A DNA stretch of 64,000 nt, taken from positions 500,108 through 564,107 of the forward strand of contig JAAOMT010000283.1 in the NCBI GenBank assembly GCA_016748015.1, given 5' to 3'. Shown here in pieces: positions 1 through 11,247 of the stretch. Each line of letters begins with the position of its first letter. Position 1 is the first letter of the stretch. A model generated the notes under the pieces. It saw only the letters and a list, made by a program, of their open reading frames with translations. It was not told the origin of the DNA and made no database searches. This DNA comes from Geosiphon pyriformis uo1 (taxonomy: Eukaryota > Fungi > Glomeromycota). The translations under genes and the position numbers were made by a program.

Positions 1-142
1 CTGGACAGACCACTGCAGTTAAAAACCCCAGTTATGTATAAAATTAGATTTACAAATAGCAATAGAAATTACTGCAACAACATTAATACAAAAAAAAAAT
101 TTAGAAGATTTTGCAGGAGCTTAATATTAAAGAAGGGAATAA
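1..142 (+). pseudogene. 3' end of ORF3 plus polypurine tract of upstream Gypsy element Z
   Basis: ...gattttgcaggagcttaatattaa AGAAGGGAATAA|TGTTAC matches the ORF3-end/PPT/LTR junction of element A at 29900-29940. Confidence 0.75.
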
Positions 143-1101
143 TGTTACTCATAAAATATAGAAAGTATATTAGCATATAAATTAGCCAATCATAGATAGA
201 TGTAATAAATGTGGAATTGCAGGATTCCAAAAATTGCAAAATTCTCATAGAAAGAATCGCAGGATTCCAGAATTCCAGAATTTTTCTCAAAAAAATTGCA
301 GAATTTCAGGAATTCCAGGATTCCTGACATGAAGAATTGAGAAATTAAGGAATCTCAAATACATATATATAGCAGTAGTATTAGAAGTTAGAAAATTAAA
401 AAATAGAACTCAGAGTTAATTGATTTGTAGAGTCAATTAGATTCATAGAATCAATTAGACTTGCAAATCATAATTATTAAAATTACAAAAAAAGAGAATT
501 CTTTAGTTAGAAACCTTTCAGTTTAGATCTAATCTAAGCAACCTTCCATTTACAAATATCAATAAATAATTATTCACTATCTTAATCTATTCTTCACTAT
601 CAACACTTCATGTTAATAGTAATTGATACTTAACCACACTAGAACAATAGCTTTTAATCACAGCTATTGACGGGATACTAACTTGCAATTGCTTTCATTT
701 ATTTTTTTATCTTCTTTTTATTTTCTTTTATTTTTTTTTGTATTTCTTTTATTTTGACTAACTGATTAAGGATTAAAGTGCTGAGTTACAGATGTCATAA
801 GAACTGGTAAAAGACTCATGAAACAAGGGTAGAACACTCATAGAGTTGAGAATAACTTACCAGGAAGATTACTGGCCACCATACTGAGAAAAAAATTTGA
901 CAAAACTGCAGTTTTGGGAAGCTATGGATAAAACTATCAATTAAATCTCTGTCTATTATACAAAAGACTCAACTAAAACCTTCAGATACCAAAACTTTCA
1001 GACAACTATACCTTTAAGAATTAACAATGTCACTATATTCATCAAGCACCAAGTTACAAGTTTGTTATTTGATTTGAGATCCCAAATAATCACCTGTAAC
1101 A
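143..1101 (+). repeat. 3' LTR of element Z, inserted into the 5' LTR of element A
   Basis: TGTTAC...GTAACA termini; PPT upstream; TATA-like tatatatagcag ~364; AATAAA 561; homologous to 29938-30704. Confidence 0.9.
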
Positions 1102-1246
1102 ATGGATAACACCACTATTAAATCTCTGTCTATTATACAAAGAACTCTACACCAAAACCTTCAAATATCAACACCAGAGATACCAATCAAGCACCAAGTT
1201 ACGGGTTTGTTATTTGACTGAAGACTCCAAATAATTACTTGTAATA
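1102..1246 (+). repeat. 3' remnant (U5) of the element A 5' LTR
   Basis: Near-identical to 30565-30704; ends gtaata and is followed by tt+PBS. Confidence 0.85.
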
Positions 1247-1248
1247 TT

Positions 1249-1265
1249 TGGTGCTCCCTGTAAGA
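1249..1265 (+). promoter_or_regulatory. Primer-binding site of element A
   Basis: TGGTGCTCCCTGTAAGA 2 nt after the LTR end. Consensus across copies TGGTGCTCYYTGTGAGG is complementary to a tRNA 3' end ...CCUCAC..GAGCA-CCA (tRNA-Ile(UAU)- or elongator Met-like; identity not verified). Confidence 0.85.
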
Positions 1266-1308
1266 TATAATTTTACAGAGAACCAGCACCAATAACTCCA
1301 TCCAAACA

Positions 1309-4300
1309 GTGGCAGAATCCAAAGAAATAGGAACAAACCATTTAGGATTTGCAAAATTTTTATTTCAATATTATTACACTCATCTCAGATTAACAAATAA
1401 TAGTTGGCCAACAGAATTAGCTTTCAATTACTACATCAATGAGAGAATTGTATACTATTTAAGAAGCCAAAGAGATCCAGAATTTGTCTTCAACAACTTT
1501 TTCAGTGAATTGCTCCAAAGCATCACCCTTCCACAAAATTATCTATTTGCATTCCTAATTACAGAAATAAACAGAGAAATTGAAAAATACACCAAATAAA
1601 GATTTTCTATTACTTTTGCTGACAAAGAAAAAGGAAGATTACAAACACCAGCAGAAACACCAAAGCAAATTCAACTATCCACTTGGAAGAAACAAAGATT
1701 TGATTCACTTGCTAATCTATCATATCACCACATACCCGGAAGCACTATCAATATAATAAGCACAGCTACAGCAAGCACAACAATGCTACTAAACAGGCTC
1801 CCATTCCAAAGTAAACAAAAAAAAGCAGAGTTATTAGGAACATATGGCGATTATTTTGAGGAATTTAAATCACAATCTTCAATACTATTAAGAATTCAAT
1901 TACCACCATCACAACCAAATTTTGGAGCCATTAGTCCTTGGGAAATAACTGACTTCAAGGAAGAGGAGAGTAGCAATCAGGAAACTAGCAAACAAAACCC
2001 AATCCTAGAAAATCCAGAAATTAAAACTCCAGTTAATTGAACTCCAGAAAATCAGAATGATCAAAACCCCAATGTAATTAATTAACAAAACTTACCTCCA
2101 ATAATTGAGATCAATCCACCACCCATTCCACCAATTGCCAAACAACAACAACAGCCACAACCACTACCCTAACAACAAATCCAGCAGCAACCAATGATCT
2201 ATGCTCCAATCACCAAAATAGAAAAATTTACCAGCAAAGAGGACAACATCCAAGTATGGCTTAATAATATAGAAAAAGCCATTGCAGCCAATGGATGAAA
2301 CAATAACAGAGCCCTTCAAGCAATTTCTTATTTTCTATAGGATACTGCCAACTTGTGGTATCAGAGTTTACCTGTTAAACTTCAAATGTTTCAGGAATTT
2401 AAAATTGCATTTTTGGGATATTTCAGTAATAATAACAGTATTAATTGTCTAGCCAATGCCTTTACTACAATCAAACAGGGAGAAACTGAAGCAGTTACCA
2501 CTTACTTGGGATGCTTTCACAGGAACTTGTGCCAAATTCAAGCAATTTAGACTGATTATTTTACAGCACTACAGATTCTAAACCAGTTAATTCGTGGACT
2601 ACACAGTAGTCTTCTCCAACGTGTATGCCCAATGCACCCACAAACTCTCTAAAACACAGTTATTAATGTAAGAGATTTTGAATTGGCAAAACTTAAAGCA
2701 AACCATGCCCAAGTTATTAACCTAGTCATAAATGGATCATCAAACTTGGATTCCAAATTAAAACAATTCAGTAATTGAATTAATCAGAAATTGAAAGGAT
2801 ACTTAGCTAACAATTGTGCAATTTATTAATCACTACAATGATGCAATAATTCAGGAAACATGAATTATTTCCAAAATCAGTCACATCTATTATCATTTTT
2901 AAATCAGCCATGGCAAGAAGAAATGTGTGTCTGCTATAACTGTAGTAAACAAGGCCACATTAGAGCTGACTGCCAATTTTATAGTAATAATCCATGATCA
3001 GGAAATCAATATCAAAACCCTGATTGCCAGTTTCAAGCTCCAAATTATCAACCCAGCTCAGCATTATATTAACCGAATTATCTACCTATGACACAACAGC
3101 CAATATATTAACCACCAATTTATCAGCCCTCAGTACCCATTATTTATTAACTGCAGTTCTAACCCAGCTATCAGCCACAGCTTCAAGTAATCTATCAACC
3201 CCAACAAATTCAAACACTGCCACAAAACTTACCTCAAAATGGAACCCAAAGGCTAAGACTGACACAACAAAGCTGGAGATTGTTAATGGTAGTCCATCAA
3301 CTGATCTTTAGTTTCTCTATGCAACCATTTGAATTGCAACAACGGAATTTGGACACCAGGTACACCCAAAACCTGAATTTCCAGAACTATTTAAGTCTCC
3401 TGGTTACCCCAGAAGATGCCCAAACCAATAATCCAAAAACCAACCAACAATCAACACTTACCAGCAACATTCTACCAGCTACTATCACTGAGAACAAATT
3501 ACTGGATGCCATCTTTCCATTTGAACTTGAGGAACCATCAACCACACCACTATTTAGCAGAGCCACTTTTGAGGAAAAATCTATTATTACCATATACACT
3601 GATGCCAAAGTTGATGGCTACCTCATTAAACTGATCCTAGACAGTGGATTAGCTAGCAGTATCATTACAAGACAACTCATGAACCAATTAGGTTGCCAAG
3701 TTGATCAAACTGCCAGTGCTAGAATTATAACAGCTAATAAAGTAACCAAAACTCCGATCAGTGAGATAAATAACTTACCTATTGAAATCAATGGCATCAT
3801 CATACCCATTAAAGTTATTGTAATGAAAGCAATCCAGTACCAAGTGCTTGTTGGTAATAATTAGCTGTCCAAAACCAATGTGATGCTTGACTGGACTATA
3901 CAGGAATTACAACTTAACCAGAATGGTTAACACACATATGTACCAGCCACATATAATCACTTCAAGAATACCACCCTGCCAGCACCACTCATTAACTTCA
4001 AAGAAAAAAAAGAGAAACCTACATGAGAAGTGTACCAAGTCTTGTGGACAGATGAAAACCACAACAAGTTATCACTAGTACTCTCGGAGAACAACAATGG
4101 GAAAGGAAAGAACAAAGAAGAACCTATCTGAAATTTTGACCAAACTTGGAGAACCAATGACAACCAGAAAAATCTAATAAAGTGGGAATAGGAAAGTACA
4201 AAAGGAAAAAAAAAGAGGAGAAAAGAAGAACCAATACCAACCAACATTATCACTTATCACCCTTATACATATACATCACTACTACTATTCACCTACTATT

Positions 4301-6458
4301 AATCAAAGCTTATATGTGTTACGTTGTCCATGTATCATAAAATGTTTTGGAAGACTGAAACAAGTAGGAAAATGGAATAACAAACTCTGTTTGGGTTGTG
4401 GAGAAATTCTTTTAAACAAAGGAATATGAAATGACATTTTTGGATGAGGAGGAACATGCAACAAATTGTGTCAGTACACAATTTTCATAAGCAACTGGGT
4501 TAGAAAAAAAACACTCATAGATGCTGTCTGGAGACAAGCAATCAAACACTTGGACAAATGTCCACATGATGATGACAAAATTTGGCAAATGGCTCTCGCC
4601 AAAATCAAAGAAGTATCACCAGAAGAAATAAAAAGAATAAAGAATAATCCACCAGAACCTATAGAACTTAACTGGGACCCAGAGCCAGTCATAAATCTAC
4701 TGGATCCAGAACAATTCCACGAACATTATCAGAAATTAGCACTCACTAGAAAAGAACAAGAGCAATGGTTGGAGGAAATAAATACAAGATTATGTGACCA
4801 CTGTTTGATCCCATGTAACTTTTAATATTGTAATAAGTGTGACCTCATTTACAATCCACCAACATGCATGATCTACATGATCCCAGAAGAGGAAAAACCA
4901 ATCAGCAGCTGTGCATTAAAATCGGAATCAATTTTCAATCCTGATTCAAACTCTAATAACAACAATAACAAAAACAGCAGTTCTAGCTCTGCCCAAATTG
5001 GTGACAAAAATGACAATGATTTAAACTCCAATTCAAACCCCAAAACTTACATTGTGTTTCCTGACTTTTCTAAGAAGCAAGAACTTAAATGGTTCAACAA
5101 TAACAATGAAAATATCATGCCAGAATGTGCGCATAATACTGATGCCAGGTTTAATCTGAGATATTCAGAGAAAGACACCATTAAATTGGAACCACATTCA
5201 TGCACATGCATTGATCTCAAAATAGCATTAAAAATCCCAGCAACAACAATAGTTCAACTAGCATTTAGGAGTAGCTTAGCAAAAAAAGGAATCAACATCA
5301 GAAGAGGAATAATTAATGCAGGATATGTAGGAAATATTATTGCAATACTACAAAATAATTTAGAAAAGACCTATGTTATAGAGCCAAATGAAAAAATAAC
5401 ACAAACAATATTCCTGCCTTTGGTAAAAGTAGCTCAATTAGTATTAGTGGAAAACAAAGAAGAATTAGAGATTACAGCTAGAGAGATACAAGGATTCAGA
5501 TCAACAGGTAGAATAGATGTACCAGTTAATATGGCAGAAGAAAAAATTATTAACAAGAAAGAAATTATCTCCATCTGTTAACCAATTTCTATTCTACCAT
5601 ATAACTGATATATAGTAACTATAGAGAGAAAAGTAAAAGATCAGATTCAAATATTTGAGGCAGAAGCACAACTTTGTGAATCAGGAAAAATTGGATTAAT
5701 TAATCTTTACATATCAGCCAAGAATTATGGTTACATTAAAATCTCCATTTACAACAACACTGGAAATATCATGGAAATACCAAAAGAAACTATCATTGGA
5801 TATCTAACCACTAAAATTGAAAAACAACCACCAAACCTCATTCCAGACTTTTCACAATTGTGTAAATATGTGGATATTACATCACAAACAATTTACAGAT
5901 GAGAAGAATATTATATGCTCCAACCAGAACAATTGGAACAGATGAACTTGAGAAACTTAGACCCACTACAACAAATACAACTTAAGATATTACTCAACAA
6001 CTTCAATGACATTTTTGCAAGTGAAAATGAATTTGGTAGAACAGATGTGATTCAACATCAAATTAAGACTGAAAATGCAATGTCAATTAAACAGAAAACA
6101 TACAGAGTATCACCAGCTAGCCATGAAATTATTCGTTAAGAAGTCAATTGGATGCTTAACAACAGATTAATTCAGCCATCAATGAGTCCATGGTCATTAC
6201 CAGTAGTACTAGTTCATAAAAAGAATAGAAAAATCCGCTTTTGTGTAGATTACCAGAAACTAAATGAAGTAACAAAAGAAGATAGCTATCCAACTCCAAA
6301 GATCCAAGAACTTTTTAATGCTTTTGGAGAAATGAGATGGTTTTAACTTTAGACTTAGACAGTGGTTATTGGCAAGTAGCCATGAAACTAGAAGACAAAG
6401 AGAAAACAGCTTTTACAACTCGGAAAGGAAACTTTGAATTTGAAGTAATGCTATTTGG
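1309..6458 (+). pseudogene. Element A polyprotein, 5' part: N-terminal extension, capsid, CCHC knuckle, aspartic protease, Cys-rich domain, dUTPase, RT N-terminus
   Basis: IEKFTSKEDNIQVWL capsid; CYNCSKQGHIRADC; LILDSG; SPWSLPVVLV..K..IRFCVDYQKLN; many premature stops. Confidence 0.9.
5117..5510 (+). pseudogene. dUTPase domain within element A
   Basis: Five dUTPase motifs, decayed: DARFNL, RSSLA, GIINAGYVGNI, EKITQ, QGFRSTG. Confidence 0.9.
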
Positions 6459-7377
6459 TATTACAGATAATTATTTGGGGTCTCAAATCAAATAACAAAT
6501 CCGTAACTTGGTGCTTAATATCTACTCTGATGGCTGATGGTAGTAATATTGGTATGTTGTCTTTATCTAAAGGTTTTGATTAAGAGTCTTTTATATAATA
6601 AACAGAGATTTAATGACGATGTAGTTGGTGGGTGAGTTGTATTTCCAATTTCTGTCTTCAGCTTGGTGGCCAGTTTATTCTGGCAGTCATGTTCTTCTGG
6701 TAAGCTATCTGTTAATATATATATAATTCTACCCTTATTTCTGGGTCTTTTACCAGGCTATCTGTGATGTCAATTACTCAGTGTTTAAACTCTTAATCAG
6801 TTAGTATACAACAATAAAATCAAGAAAAAATAAAAAATAAAAGAAGAAAATAAAGAAATGAGCCAAAACAATATGCAAGTTGAGATTCATCAATAGCCGT
6901 GATCAAGAACTATTGTTCTAGTATGGTTAATTATCAATTGCTATCAACATGAAATATTGATAGTAGAAAGTGGATTGAACTGGTGAATAATTATTTATTA
7001 ATATTTGTAAATGGAAAATTGCTTAGATAAAATCTAAACTGAGAGGTCTCTAATAGAAGAATTCTGTTTTTTTAACTTCTAATACTACTGCTATATATAC
7101 ATAATTGATGTTCTATGAGATTGCTTACATTTTTAAGTGATGTGCTATGATTTTTTGAGCAATGCTCACATTGTTGAGCAATGTGTCCTAATTTTCTAAT
7201 ATCGCTCCATATTGCTGAGCAATGTGCTGTGTTTTCTGACATTGCTTCACATTGCTAAACAATATGCCATGATTTCTGTTATTGCTCTATATTGCTGAGC
7301 AATGTGCTCACATGCTATATGCTATTCACTTATTGGTCTACTATTTCTCTATATCTGTTTTCTTTTTATAAGTAATA
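6459..7377 (-). repeat. 3' LTR of element B
   Basis: Collinear with 17427-17472 + 18335-19211; PPT adjacent; U3 carries ~40-bp tandem units containing CACATTGCTGAGCAATGTG. Confidence 0.9.
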
Positions 7378-7396
7378 TTATCTCCTTCTTTTTTTT

Positions 7397-8080
7397 TATT
7401 GAGCTCCATCAAAATCTCCATTCTGAATTAGCTCTAATACTTCTTTTTCTAGTATTGTTTGTTTGACTTTATTTTTTATGTCTTCTACTTGTATATTGTT
7501 TATTCTTTCCCATTGATTAATGGTTATGGTTTCTATGTTAAAGTATAACAGTATTTCTGGATAGTTCTGAAATATGTTGTGCAGTTAATAAATTGTTCTC
7601 ACATGTAGTGTCAAGTTTGTCTTTTTTCTAATAAATTTTTCAATTTGCTGTATTATGTTTTGGTTAAATACTCTCTTGGATTTGTCAATATACAACTCCT
7701 GAATATTCAATTTTCGACCTAACTGGTAGTAACAATATAATATTAGAAGTTGTTCTGTTCATTGCTTCCAATTCTCTTTTGTAAGTTCTTTTGTTGGTGC
7801 CATAATAGGGTTTTTCCCAAAAGTGTTTTTTACTTTTTTTATTATGTTATTTGACCAGTTTTTATCACTCTTTGGTACTCGCTAATATAGTGTATTCTTT
7901 GTCTTTCTTTTGGTGTTTTGATAGCAGATTGTTTGGTTGTTAACAATAATTTCCATGTCTAATGATTGTTGACTTAATGCCTAGAATAATTGCTGAGCTA
8001 TGATGTGAATATGATTTAGTATTTCTATTTTCTTAGTTGCTTTTGTCGTGTATACTGTGTCTTTATATACTTTTTTATTG
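7397..8080 (-). pseudogene. Element B ORF3 (unknown function)
   Basis: Homologous to A 29256-29924 and G 51366-51830; ends gagctcaataa just before the PPT. Confidence 0.7.
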
Positions 8081-8087
8081 TTTGATT

Positions 8088-9445
8088 TTATGTGTTTGGC
8101 CCAATGATTATGATTGGTTCCAGATCTTATGGAATCTCATCTGGTTGGACTAGTATTTGTTGTATTCCTAATTGTAGAATATTATTGGTAGATGATGATG
8201 CTATTTGGTGATATGGTTTCAGTCAATCACTATGTGCTGCTTTGGCTAAGATTTTATTGTCCCATCTTAGTTTATAAGCTCCATTTCTAAGAATTTCTTC
8301 TATGTAAAATGGTCTGTACCATTTGGGATCAAATTTTCCACTCCATTGTTTTTTCACTTTGGTACAATGTAAAAATACTTTGTCTCCAATCTTGAATTCA
8401 ACTGGTTTGTCTGGTAGTTGATTATTATGTCTTTTTTTTTGTTTTTCTTGTGACTTTTGGATGTTATTAGCTGCTCTTCACTATTTATTTTCTAGTGTTT
8501 TTATTAAGTCATATGTTTTTTTTAGCAATGTTTTTCTGAAAATTGTCTTTAGTTATTGGTTCTGTTGGATAAGTGATAACTTCTATCTTAATTGGTAATA
8601 TTGCTGTTCTACCATATACTAATTCAAATGGTGTTGCTTGTGTAGTATCTTGCTTCATTGTCCGATAAGCAAATAATACTGATGGTATGAACAAATCCCA
8701 TTTGTCCTGATTTTTTTGACTGATCTTGGCAATTGCTTCACACAATGTTTTATTAAACCTTTCAACTAACCTATTTGTTTGTGAATGGTATGGTCATAAT
8801 AATGATCTTTTGATTCCAAATCTCTGACTTAATTCTGCTAATGTTCTGTTTACAAAGTGAATTTCTTGATCTGATAATAGTTCTTTTGAACATCCATGTC
8901 GACAAATTAAATCTTGATAAATGAATTTGACAACAAATTCTGCATCTGTTCTTTGAATGGTTTTTGCTTCTGGCCATTTAGTAAGATAGTCCATGGCTAC
9001 TATGATATATTTGTTGCCTTTGCTGGTGATTGTTAATGGTCTGACTAAGTCAATTCCAATGTAATCGAATGGTTGTTTTATTTTGATTGGTTTTAATGGT
9101 TTACTTGGTCTTATTTCACTTCTTCTCTGACAAACATCACAATTCTGAACATATTGGATGATGTCTGGATACATTGATGGCCAATAATATCTCTTTCTGA
9201 TTTTTTCTATGGTTGTTTTTTTATGAAAATGTCTTGCTGTTGGGTCTGAATACATGTTGAATAATATTGTCTTTTTTTCTGGTTCTGTGATTACTCTAGT
9301 TGGTTAATCTGGATTTTTTCTGTTCTTTCAGTAAAGTATATTTTGACTGTTGTTTTATGTTTCTTTGTTCTTTTTGAGATAATTTCTTCTTGAACAATTG
9401 GATATTTATATAATATTGAAGTTGTTGGTATTTTTGTATATTCAT
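8088..9445 (-). pseudogene. Element B integrase (stand-alone ORF)
   Basis: Starts MNIQKYQQL; HHCC region (..HF..YYWP..CDVCQRR), IGIDLV, LLSDQ, FDPKWYRPF. Confidence 0.9.
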
Positions 9446-10238
9446 CTTTTGTTATATTTTTGGGTTGAAATGTTTTTAGATTTGTCTCATTTGTGACAGT
9501 CCATTGGCATTTCCATTGTTTTTTCCCTTTTTATAATGTACTGTATAATTAAATGGTGAAAGTTCTATTTTCTATCTGGCATAATAATTATCTGCAAATT
9601 CTTGTTTCTGGATTGAAGTCAATTCTTTGTGGTCAGTATATACATTAAACTTTTCACTTAAGTATTCCTTCTATTTGATAACAGCCCAATAGATAGCTAA
9701 GTGTTCTAATGCTGGAGTTCTATAGTTTTTTTTAGCTGGATTTAAGCTTCTACTAACATAAGCTACTGGATGTTCTCTTCCATTGGATCTTTTCTGTAAA
9801 AGTACTGCTCCCAATGCTTGGCCTGATGTATTGGTAGTGATTATGAATGGTTTGCTGTGGTCTGAATACATCAATACTGGAGCTTGGATAAGCTTTCTTC
9901 TTAATATATCAAAAGCTTCTTGTTGAGCTTCTGTCTATTCATACTTCACATTCTTTATTTAGAGTTAGTGTAATGGTTGAGCTATTTTGGAAAAGTTCTT
10001 AATGAAGTGGTGGTAATATCCAGCAAATCCCAAGAATGCTCTCTATTCTGTAAGATTATTTGGTACTAAAAAGTTCTTGACAATCTCAATCTTGTCTGAA
10101 TCTGTTTTTATTTTATCTTTGCTTACCACATGTTCCAAAAACTTGAGTTCAGTTTTTCCAAAGAAACATTTGGTCACATTTAGCTTTAGTCTAGCTCTTC
10201 TTAATCTTTCAAATACTTGTTGGAGATAATGCAGATGA

Positions 10239-11247
10239 TGTTACCTGAGTAGAAAAACTGATCCAAAGTTATGAAGAAATGTGACCAAAATGCGACATAA
10301 TACAGAATAGTGCACAATAATATTGGATAACACATTATAACTTAGAATAATGCAGGATAATATGTTATAACATAGAATAACACAGAATAATATGTAATAA
10401 TACCAGATAACATATTATAAAATAGAATAACTAGTAATAACATAGAAAAACAAAGCAATTACAAAAATAGCAAAGCAATAGTTAACAATAACAGAACAAT
10501 CAGAAGTAATCCTGTAGAACAAAAAGAATGTATAAAATGAGTAGCTGTAGAAGTTAGAAAGACATCCAGAAAGAAAATTAGACTTTTAGAAGTCAATTAA
10601 ACTCTCAGAGTTAATTAGACTCACAGGTCATAATTATTAAATACTTCTTCTTTCAAAGATAGTTGTTATCAACTGAAATGGAATTATATTAATAAAATAT
10701 TCTTTTAATTCTTCAAATCCATGTTATTATCCACTACTTAACCTGCTGGCACAATAGCTCTTGATTATGGCTATTGACAGGACACTTATTTCTTATTTTT
10801 ATTTTTTTTATTTTTTTTATTTTTTTTTATTTTTTTTTATTTTTTTTTTATTTTTTTCTTTTGTGGAGTGGCAACATAGAAAAATTGACTGTCTGGGAAT
10901 AGACTTTATGATAGCCTGGTAAAAGAGGAAGGCTTCCCCTAGGTTTTGGATATTAACATTATCTTGATAACTTACCAGAAGGGCAAAAAGACAATGCCAG
11001 ACCCTAACGACTGCACTTGTTAACTCGGAGAAGAAAGCTCACATTTACAGAAAACGTTGCAATCGACAAAAAACAAACTCTGTGCCTTATAACCAAAGAA
11101 CTCAATGGGTAAATTCACATTCAGGAATAGATCTTCAGAGACTGATAATCAAGACTAAGCCAACAAAATTATGTGGAAGACACATCCCCAATAATTGAGA
11201 GCACCAAACATTACCATTTTTAGTACTCACCAAGTTTACTCATAACA
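10239..11247 (+). repeat. Solo LTR (family C, related to element H LTR) inserted in element B RT
   Basis: TGTTAC...ATAACA; TSD atga on both sides; homologous to 63350-64000 and 36100-37077. Confidence 0.9.

Noticed and set aside
215-330. Heat-shock elements in U3 (TTCCAGAA)
   Set aside because: Only isolated dyads with an 8-9-bp period, not three phased nGAAn units
676-770. TACTAAC branch point plus pyrimidine tract as a splice acceptor in the LTR
   Set aside because: Not conserved in B (ctcaac) or C LTRs, and no consistent downstream AG
755-830. Hammerhead ribozyme (ctgattaag resembles CUGANGA)
   Set aside because: The core does not match CUGANGA in any copy, and no properly placed GAAA or stems were found
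3024-3311. S/T/L-rich ORFs (also 57068-57658) and the many short antisense ORFs in the track
   Set aside because: Shadow frames of the Gln/Pro-rich Gag linker and other TE coding sequence
3340-3420. Gag-Pol ribosomal frameshift site
   Set aside because: The Gln-rich Gag linker reads in frame into the protease; no conserved slippery site is needed
7120-7320. Regularly spaced palindromic repeats resembling a CRISPR array (also 18950-19150)
   Set aside because: Spacers are themselves similar, the array lies in LTR U3 and is duplicated in both LTRs, the context is eukaryotic, and there are no cas genes
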